Below are positions 30,502-38,936 of a stretch of DNA of 64,000 nt, piece after piece. The stretch is taken from the IMG/VR virus record IMGVR_UViG_3300033802_000281. One strand, given 5' to 3'. The position numbers and the translations under genes were made by a program. The notes under the pieces were generated by a model. That model was not told where the DNA came from, did not search any database, and saw nothing but the letters and a program-made list of their open reading frames with translations. Source of the DNA: a virus. How positions within the stretch are numbered: the first letter of the stretch is position 1; the number at the start of each line of letters is the position of its first letter.

Positions 30502-30882
30502 ATGGAGTACTTTCCGAAAAGAGGTGATATTTATCTTGTCGATTTGTCTGGTGCTGTAGGTAGCGAACAGGCAGGAATACGGCCATGTATTATTGTTAGT
30601 AACGATATTGGAAATCGATATTCACCGCTTGTTCATACAGTACCTATCACATCGAAAGTAAAAAAAGAAATGCCTTTTCATGTAAAAATAAATAATTTAA
30701 GAGAACCAAGTATCGCTCTATGTGAACAAGTAGGAAGAATTGATAAAATGCGTCTTATTGAATATATAGGAACTGTCGGAGAGCGAGAAATGCAAAAAAT
30801 TGATCGTGCTTTGATGGTTATTTATGGTCTTTTTAATTATATTCCTTCTGGCGAAGGCAAACGAGAAACTATATTTTGTTAA
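30502..30882 (+). CDS. mazF: MazF/PemK family endoribonuclease, no adjacent antitoxin recognised
   Basis: KRGDIYLVDL...GSEQAGIRP..IVSNDIGNRYSP...PITS...CEQ..IDK.RL, closely resembling B. subtilis NdoA/MazF; catalytic R and T positions kept. Confidence 0.9.
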   Translation: MEYFPKRGDIYLVDLSGAVGSEQAGIRPCIIVSNDIGNRYSPLVHTVPITSKVKKEMPFHVKINNLREPSIALCEQVGRIDKMRLIEYIGTVGEREMQKIDRALMVIYGLFNYIPSGEGKRETIFC

Positions 30883-31062
30883 ATGGAGGAGAATTATAAC
30901 GTGTTTTTGATTGTCGGAAAAGGAGTGTTTGATGTAAATAACGTAGCCAAATTTCTTGAAACTCGTGGAATAGTTGATGTATATACAGAAATACAAAAAA
31001 TTAAGAAACATGGGTTTATGCAATATGGTCGATATAAAATACTTGCATTTAGATAATGAATA

Positions 31063-31090
31063 GGCCGCCTAAATTAATAAGTAGGCGGCC
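31063..31090. terminator. bidirectional terminator between convergent genes
   Basis: GGCCGCCTA/TAGGCGGCC stem. Confidence 0.7.
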
Positions 31091-31097
31091 ATTATGT

Positions 31098-31328
31098 TTA
31101 TAATTCTGTTGCTTCATGCCAATCGATTATTAGCTTATCGCATTTTAAATAATGAATTTTTCCATTTGTGGTATATAAGTCTGCATCAAAAAACGAAAAA
31201 TTTTTAGTGTTTAGAACAGAATTAGCGTATTGAATTGCATCGACCTCGTTTTTAGTAAATACATTAAGTTGAATAGGAAGTTTGACTATACCATGAACAA
31301 TAAAATGTTTCATTTCAGACATACACAT
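31098..31328 (-). CDS. small protein, paralog of 20167-20400, putatively LexA-regulated
   Basis: KHFIVHGIVKLPI...; SD GGAGGGAG on minus strand. Confidence 0.7.
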   Translation of the reverse strand: MCMSEMKHFIVHGIVKLPIQLNVFTKNEVDAIQYANSVLNTKNFSFFDADLYTTNGKIHYLKCDKLIIDWHEATEL

Positions 31329-31385
31329 TCTCCCTCCGTTTCCTTACCACTGTGAAATTATTCTAACATGACAACTCTAAAAAAG

Positions 31386-31399
31386 CAAACATATGTTCG
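31386..31399. promoter_or_regulatory. putative LexA box CAAACATATGTTCG
   Basis: identical to the 20479 copy; one mismatch to consensus. Confidence 0.7.
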
Positions 31400-31421
31400 T
31401 ATAAAATCTTATAAAAAATAC

Positions 31422-31450
31422 TTGACACACTTTATAAATGAATATATAAT
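31422..31450 (+). promoter_or_regulatory. consensus sigma-A promoter
   Basis: TTGACA-N17-TATAAT exact. Confidence 0.85.
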
Positions 31451-31472
31451 TTTAATAACGGAGGTGCTTTAA

Positions 31473-32021
31473 TTGATAACTTACAAACCTTTGCGTGATT
31501 ATTTGAGGTTAAAAAATATATCTTACTATAGGTTAAAAAAGGATGCGGATGTATCACAGACTGTTGTAGGGAAAATTTTGAATGATGAATATATAAATCT
31601 TCAAAGTATAGCGAAAATTTGCTTATATTTAAAAATCCCTATTGAAAAAGCGGTACAGTTAAAGTTTCAAAATATAAAAACTTTCGACAATGAGTGTTTA
31701 CAAGAAGTAGATAACCTACGTGAAGAGATGAAGAAACTAAAACAGGAACTTTGGAAATATCAAAATATGAATAGAGAAAGAAGAAAGAGAGGAAAGACAT
31801 ATTATATTAAAGATTTAAAAAAATATAGGTTAGATAAAAATTTATCATTAAGTGATATAGCAAAGCGGTTTGACCTTACTACACAAATGATTTATATTTG
31901 GGAGACGTATAAATCGGGCGTTTCTGAAAAGTATATTTCTGATTTAAAGGATCTTTTAAACATCAAAGATGAAGACATTGTTGAATGGAAAATTGCAAAA
32001 GAAAATAATTTGACAACTTAA
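31473..32021 (+). CDS. tandem Cro/C1-type HTH regulator
   Basis: N-term ITYKPL..L....ISYY.L.....VS..VV.KI..DE.I.L.SI..IC..L; second HTH LSLSDIAKRFDLTTQMIYIWE. Confidence 0.8.
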   Translation: MITYKPLRDYLRLKNISYYRLKKDADVSQTVVGKILNDEYINLQSIAKICLYLKIPIEKAVQLKFQNIKTFDNECLQEVDNLREEMKKLKQELWKYQNMNRERRKRGKTYYIKDLKKYRLDKNLSLSDIAKRFDLTTQMIYIWETYKSGVSEKYISDLKDLLNIKDEDIVEWKIAKENNLTT

Positions 32022-32150
32022 TGAATATTGAATATTTATATTTTAAATATACATAAATAGTACTAGAGCATTATGTGCTATTTGTGTATATTTTTTTTAA
32101 TATGTGTTATAATGCTTTTTAAAAGGCAATAACACAAAGGAGGAACATTT

Positions 32151-33473
32151 ATGAAGTCCCAAGTTAGCGAAGTATTGAATGATGTATTTGCTGAAATTGC
32201 AAAAAATCCTCATGTACAACGTAAAATAACTGAATTTCTTTATGAAAATCACAAAATCCCTCATGGTACGTTTCAAGAAATCGTGGTTAACAATGAACGA
32301 TTCTTTAATCTTTCTGAAATCGAGCAAGTTGTTGTGGTAAATGCGATTTACCAAATAACAAATTTTGACCAAATTGAACCAACAAAATTTTATACAAATA
32401 AAGAAATCAAAGCAACAGAAAATTATATATATGGTGCAGAAGATCGAATCGAGTTGCCTTACACATTTGAAGGTGTACTCAAAGCAGGGCCGTATGATTA
32501 CCTTACTGTTGTGAGTTACAAAGATTTGGCAAAGTTATGGAATAGCGGGATTTTAACCTACAACTTTCAAACTCAACGTCTTTCAAAGAAAAAAATCAAT
32601 TCTAAGGGCGAAGTTGTCGAACGTCCAGACGTTAATAAGAAGAGCGTAAAAAATATTGTTCGTTTGATGCGTGAAGGAAAATATAGTCCAAGTACTATAT
32701 TGTTGAATGTACTTGTGGATGGAAAAAGTCATATTGAGTATGAAGATGGGAACTTGACTATTGGAGAAGGTAGCACGGTAAACTTGATCGATGGTATGCA
32801 CCGTATTCAGGCGATTTTAGAGGTTATTGAGGAAGAACCTGAGTTTGAAGGTTATATGAATGTTGATATCAAACACTATCCTATCGAAAAAGCACAACAA
32901 CTTTTGGCTATAACGAACACCGTAAACAAATTCGATAAGACACTCGTTAAGCATTATATGGCCGAAAGTTACGGTGCCCAAATCGCTAAAGATTTGATGA
33001 ACATTCCAGAGTTGAAAAACAGAATTTCGATCAAAACAGCATTGGATAAAAAACTTAAGCTGTTGTTGACTAACTTTGCGATTTTGTCAGAATCGATTGA
33101 AGATATTTTTGAACCGAAAAATGCTAAAGACAGATTTGATCATTTTGAGGTTTTGAAAAAGTTTTATAGCTACTTTGTGACTGCATATCAAGAAAAACTT
33201 CTTGATAATAAAGACGAAGTATCGAAAACTAGCTGGTTCCCTCATCATAACCTGCACGTAGGGTTTATCGTAATTGCCAAAAAGCTTTACGATAAATACG
33301 GAAAAGATTTTCCGGTTGATGAGATTGTCCGCATCATTGACAATATTGACTTCAATAAAGAAACTTCGTATCTGACTGAAATAATGAGCGGACAAGGAAA
33401 AGTAAATAGCAATCGAGTAAAGAAGGAAATTAAAAAATACTTCGAAGAGAAAGTTGATGAATTACTAAAATAA
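32151..33473 (+). CDS. DndB-like (DGQHR-type) protein, SPbeta YopQ/SroE-like
   Basis: LIDGMHR motif, ParB-like fold; directly upstream of an integrase-fold gene as in SPbeta yopQ-yopR. Confidence 0.75.
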   Translation: MKSQVSEVLNDVFAEIAKNPHVQRKITEFLYENHKIPHGTFQEIVVNNERFFNLSEIEQVVVVNAIYQITNFDQIEPTKFYTNKEIKATENYIYGAEDRIELPYTFEGVLKAGPYDYLTVVSYKDLAKLWNSGILTYNFQTQRLSKKKINSKGEVVERPDVNKKSVKNIVRLMREGKYSPSTILLNVLVDGKSHIEYEDGNLTIGEGSTVNLIDGMHRIQAILEVIEEEPEFEGYMNVDIKHYPIEKAQQLLAITNTVNKFDKTLVKHYMAESYGAQIAKDLMNIPELKNRISIKTALDKKLKLLLTNFAILSESIEDIFEPKNAKDRFDHFEVLKKFYSYFVTAYQEKLLDNKDEVSKTSWFPHHNLHVGFIVIAKKLYDKYGKDFPVDEIVRIIDNIDFNKETSYLTEIMSGQGKVNSNRVKKEIKKYFEEKVDELLK

Positions 33474-33494
33474 TGAAGATTGGAGGGATTCAGA

Positions 33495-34481
33495 ATGTCA
33501 AATGTAATATACGAAGATAAATTTTATAACGAAGATATCAAGCTGAAGTTTATGGAGAATTACTCAGAAGGAACAAAAAAGATTTTAGAACGACTATTTA
33601 AAATTTCATATATACTTGAAGCTGAATATGAAAAAGATTTGTATAGTTTTAACCGAGAAGAATTAAGACGACTTGGGTATGAATATCGTCCAAAATCGAC
33701 CTATTCATCAAGAGTCTACATTGCGTGGCTCCAAAAATATATTGATTGGGCAATAGAAGAAGGATATCATAACGGCATTAACCCGTTAGAATTGGTATCC
33801 ACTGAATGGAAAGAGCAGTTTGTTGTTAAAGTGAAAAAATATTGGACGAAGTTTGAGATTGACAGCATATTTACCAAGCTTGAAAACTATCAAGATATTG
33901 TAATTGCCAGTCTCTTGTTTAATGGTGTTCGAGGTAAAGGGAATTCAGAAATTTTGAATTTAAAAAAACAGGATATTGATGCCGACAACAATCGTCTTCA
34001 TGTTGTCGATGAAGATGGAGGTGAAAGATGGGTATATGTTGACGATTCATGCATTCAATATTGCCTAAAGGCCTATAATGAAACTGAATATGAAAAGAAG
34101 AATGGAGATCCAGATCCAGAAATTAGGTCGCGGATGGGACAATTGGTTGAAAATGAATATATCGTTCGGTCGGTAAAGACTAGAACGACTCATTTTGATA
34201 AAGCCGAAAAAAATATTGTTCATCGAAGACTAAGTGCTATTGCAAAGCTGATAGACGAACCGAATTTTACACCGATCAACCTTTATCACTCTGGAATGTT
34301 GTATTTAGCAAGCGAATTGTATAAGACTACAGGTAAACTAGAAAAAGAAGAGTATGATTTAATTTTTAGTAAAGAAAGATATTATGAACCTTCAGAACAA
34401 ACAAGATATCAAATTAAGACAGAGTTTTTAAACGAAGAGGTGCTTTTTGAATTGTATCCAGAATTAAAAAAAATGAAGTAA
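33495..34481 (+). CDS. integrase-fold phage repressor, SPbeta YopR/SroF/MrpR-like
   Basis: SAM-like N-term (DLYSFNREEL), FNGVRG box I; box II reads INLYHSGM, lacking HxxR, so probably not catalytic. Confidence 0.75.
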   Translation: MSNVIYEDKFYNEDIKLKFMENYSEGTKKILERLFKISYILEAEYEKDLYSFNREELRRLGYEYRPKSTYSSRVYIAWLQKYIDWAIEEGYHNGINPLELVSTEWKEQFVVKVKKYWTKFEIDSIFTKLENYQDIVIASLLFNGVRGKGNSEILNLKKQDIDADNNRLHVVDEDGGERWVYVDDSCIQYCLKAYNETEYEKKNGDPDPEIRSRMGQLVENEYIVRSVKTRTTHFDKAEKNIVHRRLSAIAKLIDEPNFTPINLYHSGMLYLASELYKTTGKLEKEEYDLIFSKERYYEPSEQTRYQIKTEFLNEEVLFELYPELKKMK

Positions 34482-34520
34482 CAAAAAGGCATTGGATAAT
34501 AAATTCCAATGCCTTTTTGT
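34482..34520 (+). terminator. rho-independent terminator
   Basis: AAAAAGGCATTGGA/TCCAATGCCTTTTT. Confidence 0.85.
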
Positions 34521-34544
34521 TGAAAAATAAATTATGATAAATAC

Positions 34545-34573
34545 TTGAAAAACGGATGTAAAAGTGATATATT
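34545..34573 (+). promoter_or_regulatory. sigma-A promoter of agr-like cassette
   Basis: TTGAAA-N17-TATATT with extended -10 TG. Confidence 0.65.
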
Positions 34574-34588
34574 AAATACTGTGATAGT

Positions 34589-35134
34589 TTGAATTGGAGT
34601 GTGATCTTTATAAAAACAATAGATTACTTAGCAAATGAAATGCACAAGGCAAATCCTAAATATTTAAGAGAAGAATACAAATATGGATTGGATATTATAT
34701 TTAACACGTTAGGTACAGTAGTTTTAGTCATTGCGATTTCGTTGATTTTAGGACTTGTGAAAGAAGCGGTTATTGTACTCATTAGTTTCGGTGTGATAAG
34801 ATTTTTTAGCGGTGGCAAACATCTACATACTTCAATTGCCTGTATGTTAACTACAGCATTACTTATTTATTTAATTATATTTATTCATTTAAACATATAT
34901 TTCTCAGATGCTATGATTTACACACTAAACATCATTTCTTTAATTATTTTTTCCATATTTGCACCTTCTAATATTGAACAAGCTATAAAAATTAAGATTG
35001 ATTATAAGATTATGCTAAAAATTATTTCTATTGCTTTTGTTTTAATAAGTGTTGTTATTCATTCAGAACTATTGACATTAACAATTTTTGTTCAAGCATT
35101 AACAACCATTGAAATAAGGAATGGTGTGCATTGA
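34589..35134 (+). CDS. agrB: accessory gene regulator B (AgrB) family peptide-processing membrane protein
   Basis: KYGLDII...FGVIRFFSGGKHLHTSIAC (R-x-x-S-G-G-x-H...C catalytic motif), FAPS; multiple TM helices. Confidence 0.9.
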   Translation: MNWSVIFIKTIDYLANEMHKANPKYLREEYKYGLDIIFNTLGTVVLVIAISLILGLVKEAVIVLISFGVIRFFSGGKHLHTSIACMLTTALLIYLIIFIHLNIYFSDAMIYTLNIISLIIFSIFAPSNIEQAIKIKIDYKIMLKIISIAFVLISVVIHSELLTLTIFVQALTTIEIRNGVH

Positions 35135-35829
35135 CCTATTTTTCGTTCATTTTATTTTCAATTCTAGAGCAATTTTCATTATTACTCTTTGGTTTCTCTA
35201 TTTTTAGAATTCGTCTTTCCTTTAATAATTATTTAAAAATGATACTGTTAACTATTATTACATCTACAGCATCAATATTTATGACGTATTATTCTTTTTA
35301 TGAGGGAGCAAGGCCCATTGTTATTTTTGTTATAACTTTGTTGCTGATCAATAAAGTAAAAAAGATTGGTTTGAAAACTTCGTTAATTATTGTTCCTATT
35401 GCTTATATTATATTTATTGCAGTACAGACACTATTGTTTATTATAATGAATAAATATGATTTAATCCCCTTAGACATAGTGCCTTTTAGTTATGAGGGTT
35501 ATCTGTTACAGTTTATTACTTCAATATTTTTTATTATATTATCTATTGTACTTCGCTATTTTTTAAAAGAAGGATTCATGTTTGATCCAGAAAGCAATGG
35601 TAATAAAAAATTGAGATATTCAAACAAATTATTTCTAATTGTACTAACGCTTGCATTTGTTATAATCTCCGGTCTTTATTATGAAGCTATGCATTCAAGT
35701 TTAGCATATATTGTTTATGCAATCTCTATTATATCACTTCTGTTTTCAATCGGTCTGTTTTATCTATCTGTTAAAAGAGATCAAGAGGAAGCAGAATTAT
35801 ATTTTTCGACACTAAAAAAAAGGAGGTGA
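35131..35829 (+). CDS. polytopic membrane protein resembling an AgrC sensor domain without the kinase
   Basis: about 7 hydrophobic segments; no H-box or HATPase; located between agrB and agrD. Confidence 0.7.
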   Translation: MTYFSFILFSILEQFSLLLFGFSIFRIRLSFNNYLKMILLTIITSTASIFMTYYSFYEGARPIVIFVITLLLINKVKKIGLKTSLIIVPIAYIIFIAVQTLLFIIMNKYDLIPLDIVPFSYEGYLLQFITSIFFIILSIVLRYFLKEGFMFDPESNGNKKLRYSNKLFLIVLTLAFVIISGLYYEAMHSSLAYIVYAISIISLLFSIGLFYLSVKRDQEEAELYFSTLKKRR

Positions 35830-35837
35830 CAAACAGC

Positions 35838-35960
35838 ATGAAGAAAGTTATTAAAGGTTTCTCTGCTATTGTTGGATTGCTTTCTGTAGTTTTTGCAACA
35901 ACAGCATCTACTTTTTGGGTTTACAAACCAGTTGCGCCAAAATCATTACTAAATAAGTGA
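35838..35960 (+). CDS. agrD: AgrD-type cyclic lactone autoinducer peptide precursor (40 aa)
   Basis: translated by hand: MKKVIKGFSAIVGLLSVVFATTASTFWVYKPVAPKSLLNK; SD AGGAGGTG; amphipathic leader, S-x4 ring, KPxxPKSL tail. Confidence 0.85.
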   Translation: MKKVIKGFSAIVGLLSVVFATTASTFWVYKPVAPKSLLNK

Positions 35961-36024
35961 TTGTCAAATAGGGGGAGTATGGTTAATACTCCCCATCAAA
36001 AACAACTCATTGGAGGGTACAAAC

Positions 36025-36474
36025 TTGAATGAAGACTTTATTCGTGTTCGTAACTCCAAAGGAGGATTTGAATTACAAAATATTCGTGATATATTATCGA
36101 TAGATTATCGTCCAGATTTCTCCATTGTTAGAACTAGAGACGGGGAATATGAATTACCTATATCTAAAAAAGGTTTGATCGAAACTATAATCGATCAATT
36201 TGATTTCATTCAGAGTGATAGAGATTTGTTTGTAAATATAAAATTAGTAAAAAAATATCACTCTACATTAAATTATGTTTTCTTTGATAACATTGACTCG
36301 GTTAAAGAGGTAAAGGAAAAGAATTTGCCTTATATTTTTCTTCATCCACGATATGTTAAGCATTTTAGATCGTACTTCGGGATCGAAAATGATTTAGCAT
36401 ATAAGAAAATACACAGAAAAAACAAAATTAGCTATATACGGAATGTGATTGATGAAATATTAAACGCCGACTAA
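36025..36474 (+). CDS. stand-alone LytTR DNA-binding domain protein
   Basis: FIQSDRDLFVNIKLVKKY LytTR pattern; no receiver domain; TTG start with SD GGAGGG. Confidence 0.7.
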   Translation: MNEDFIRVRNSKGGFELQNIRDILSIDYRPDFSIVRTRDGEYELPISKKGLIETIIDQFDFIQSDRDLFVNIKLVKKYHSTLNYVFFDNIDSVKEVKEKNLPYIFLHPRYVKHFRSYFGIENDLAYKKIHRKNKISYIRNVIDEILNAD

Positions 36475-36494
36475 TCAGTTGGCGTTGTTTTTAT
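36462..36494 (+). terminator. rho-independent terminator ending agr cassette
   Basis: AACGCCGACT/AGTTGGCGTT stem followed by T tract. Confidence 0.7.
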
Positions 36495-36889
36495 TTGAAA
36501 AACAATTAATCTTAACATAAAACATGATATTTTGTCAAGCGCGATTTTTTTAAAAAAAGTGTTTGATTAATATTTTTTGATAATGGTAATATATGCTTAC
36601 TAAATGTGGAAGGTGGGGCTGAATATGAGTTCTATTGAAGAAATTATAATAAGGAGGGTTCATGATCAAGAAGATGAACTAACTATTGATTTAGATTTTT
36701 ATATTGAGCTTTGTAAGAAAATTATAAAGAAAAGACAATAGTATATGAAATACTATTGTCTCATCAATTCTCACAATTAAATAATACAGCCAATATAGTC
36801 AATTGAAAACATCAGTTCAAAAAGTTTAATGGTTATTGACATTTTATAGTCGGTTAGGTTATAATACATCACTTCCAAGGAGAGTCAAC

Positions 36890-37123
36890 ATGGATAGATA
36901 TAATTTTATTTTGGAGAAATGGGATACGGATATTGAATTATTTTTTGACTTTATCGAACATATTTGCGGATTTCAAGCGAATAGCAAAGTATATAATGTG
37001 CTAAAGAGAGAAATATACACTATGGAAGACTTGAAATATTGGATAGCTATTTTTGATGGTGACATTGACTCAATTGAGGAGACGACAGATACATTTATTA
37101 AATCAAAACGAATGATTGGTTGA
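36890..37123 (+). CDS. hypothetical protein
   Basis: SD AAGGAG; promoter TTGACA(36836)-N18-TATAAT. Confidence 0.65.
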   Translation: MDRYNFILEKWDTDIELFFDFIEHICGFQANSKVYNVLKREIYTMEDLKYWIAIFDGDIDSIEETTDTFIKSKRMIG

Positions 37124-37176
37124 TTTGGGCTAACGCCCATTATTTTTTTAAAATAAAAATAAAAAATAAAAAAGTA

Positions 37177-37206
37177 TTGACAATGTGTAATAGAATCTGA
37201 TATATT
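37177..37206 (+). promoter_or_regulatory. sigma-A promoter of tRNA operon with A-rich UP element
   Basis: TTGACA-N18-TATATT, extended -10. Confidence 0.7.
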
Positions 37207-37223
37207 GAACTAGCAAGAACAAC

Positions 37224-37300
37224 GGGCCTTTAGCTCAGTAGGTTAGAGCAGTCGGCTCATAACCGACCGGTCGTAGGTTCGAGTCCTACAAGGCCCACCA
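37224..37300 (+). tRNA. tRNA(CAU), most likely tRNA-Ile2 (lysidine type)
   Basis: canonical cloverleaf, CTCATAA loop, C4-G69/C5-G68, A73; near-identical to B. subtilis tRNA-Ile2 as I recall it. Confidence 0.85.
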
Positions 37301-37418
37301 AAATTAAAAAATAGGTGACAATAAATTAATTCCCTAAAGTGCTGTAGTTGTAGTCTTTAAATGGATAGATGAAATGCACAATCAGGATGTTTTGATTAGG
37401 CGGTAACTGTTCAGACAT

Positions 37419-37493
37419 CCCGATCTAGGTAAGTCTGCGGCAAGTGGCACAATCCCTTGTTGCGGTCGCGGGTTCGAGTTCCTGCAATCGGGG
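37419..37493 (+). pseudogene. degenerate tRNA-like sequence
   Basis: CCCGATC/AATCGGG acceptor-like stem, GGTC + GCGGG-TTCGAGTT-CCTGC T arm; anticodon arm and D arm disrupted. Confidence 0.5.
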
Positions 37494-37536
37494 TAAGGGA
37501 TCGGGGTTATCCCAGTCGCCGTCCAGATGGACGGAT

Positions 37537-38185
37537 GGGATGCGGTGGCGGAAAAGGTTAAAGGTGATAGCATTGGCAGTTAAAAAAGAACATATTTTCA
37601 TTGATGGTAAAGAAATGAAAGAATGCTCTAGATGCAAGATAATTAAAGAGTTATCCATGTTTAGGAAAGATAAAGGAAAATGGGATGGATTATATCCATA
37701 TTGCAAAGAATGTGCTTCTGCGAAGGATAAGGAAGTTTATAGAAAAAACCCTTCAAAGAAAAAGCTATTGTAAAACAATATATGATACGAACAGGGAAAA
37801 TAAGAGAATACAAACCTTATAATCCAAAGTATTATTCTTCTGTGAAATCGAGATTAAAAAAGAGATCGAGGCATCTAAAGAGAAGGGTTTTAAAGAAAAA
37901 TGCTGATCTGGAATTTGTTGTTTCACACGAAACGATCAAAAAAATTATAGATAAGTACAACGGCAAATGTGCATATTGCAACAAAGACTGTTCTGATAAT
38001 TTTCACATAGATCATAAAGTACCGCTTTCAAAAGGCGGTGGAAACGAATTTAAAAATTTAGCCCTATCTTGTCCAAGATGCAATTTTAGTAAGAAAGACA
38101 AAACAGATGTAGAATTTGTAGGTCGTAAAGTATAATGGTAAACTTGAGACGACCATGCAAGGTGCAAATCCCTGCCCGCATCCCA
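37537..38185 (+). ncRNA. tRNA-like scaffold split around an HNH gene
   Basis: 5' GGGATGCGG-TG-GCGGAAAAGG; 3' GGTCGT/ACGACC stem, GCAAGG-TGCAAAT-CCCTGC T arm, CCGCATCCCA; 9 bp end-to-end complementarity. Confidence 0.6.
37573..38135 (+). CDS. HNH homing endonuclease split by a -1 frameshift (37573-37773 + 37782-38135)
   Basis: N-term KECSRC...CKEC zinc finger; C-term CAYC...HIDHKVPLSKGGGN...NLALSCPRCNFSK. Confidence 0.85.
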
Positions 38186-38217
38186 ATTACATAATTACAA
38201 TTAATATCTTATTGTTT

Positions 38218-38293
38218 ACCGTCTTAGCTCAGTGGTTAGAACACTTGCCTTGTAAACAAGGTGTCGGCGGTTCAATTCTGTCAAGCGGCGCTA
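38218..38293 (+). pseudogene. degenerate tRNA-Thr(UGU)
   Basis: TAGCTCAGTGGTTAGA D arm, CTTGTAA loop, T arm intact; 2 acceptor and 1 anticodon-stem mismatches; ends GCTA. Confidence 0.7.
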
Positions 38294-38338
38294 ACTAATT
38301 AAAAACAAAAAATAGTGTTTAGTTAAGGAGGAAATTTT

Positions 38339-38926
38339 ATGAGTGAACAACGTAAAATGACTATCGCTCGTGCCCTTACACGTCTTAAAACAATTAAGGC
38401 GCAACTTCAGAAAATCAATAATGACATTGGTAATTACGGAGCAATTAGTAGCAAATCACGTTCGCCACTCGGTGATCCTAAAGCTTCTTTGGATAAAAAT
38501 CATAATCAGGCTATTGAACATATTAGATCTTTGTATCAACAATTTGAGGATCTTACAAAAGAATATATTAAGATTAAGACTGCAATTGATAAGGCAAATA
38601 TGCAAACTATAATTATGGTTGCTAATAAAACCATGACTATTCAAGAAGCACTTGTATATCGTCGTGATATTTCTAAATTTGTACAAGAATTGCTTGGTAA
38701 ATATGGTCAAGCAGTAAATCGCGCAACGGACGAAGTTTACAGACATAATGCATCAATTAAGACGGATGGTATGGATGAAGCTGCTGTGAAGGTAGTTTTA
38801 TCTGAAGTTCTTTATCTAGTGCCAAAAGAGAAAATTCATGAATCTGAAAATTTCCTTACAACCTTTTTGACTGAATTAGATGGCACCCTTAATGAAGTTA
38901 ATGCAATAACTGAAATTGAAATTTGA
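38339..38926 (+). CDS. helical coiled-coil protein, resembling the DIP1984-like family
   Basis: N-term MTIARALTRLKTI, C-term ELDGTLNEVNAITEIEI; SD AAGGAGG. Confidence 0.65.
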   Translation: MSEQRKMTIARALTRLKTIKAQLQKINNDIGNYGAISSKSRSPLGDPKASLDKNHNQAIEHIRSLYQQFEDLTKEYIKIKTAIDKANMQTIIMVANKTMTIQEALVYRRDISKFVQELLGKYGQAVNRATDEVYRHNASIKTDGMDEAAVKVVLSEVLYLVPKEKIHESENFLTTFLTELDGTLNEVNAITEIEI

Positions 38927-38936
38927 TAAAATAAAA

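Noticed and set aside
32151-33473. Phosphorothioate (dnd) modification operon
   Set aside because: Only a DndB-like domain; no dndACDE
33495-34481. Functional prophage integrase
   Set aside because: HxxR motif absent and context matches the YopR/SroF repressor; no att site identified
37224-37300. Initiator or elongator tRNA-Met
   Set aside because: Paired G1-C72, no three G-C pairs in the anticodon stem, and the sequence resembles Ile2; not fully excluded without tRNAscan models
37444-37572. N-terminal extension of the HNH ORF
   Set aside because: Runs through tRNA-like sequence; TTG 37573 has SD AAGGTGA
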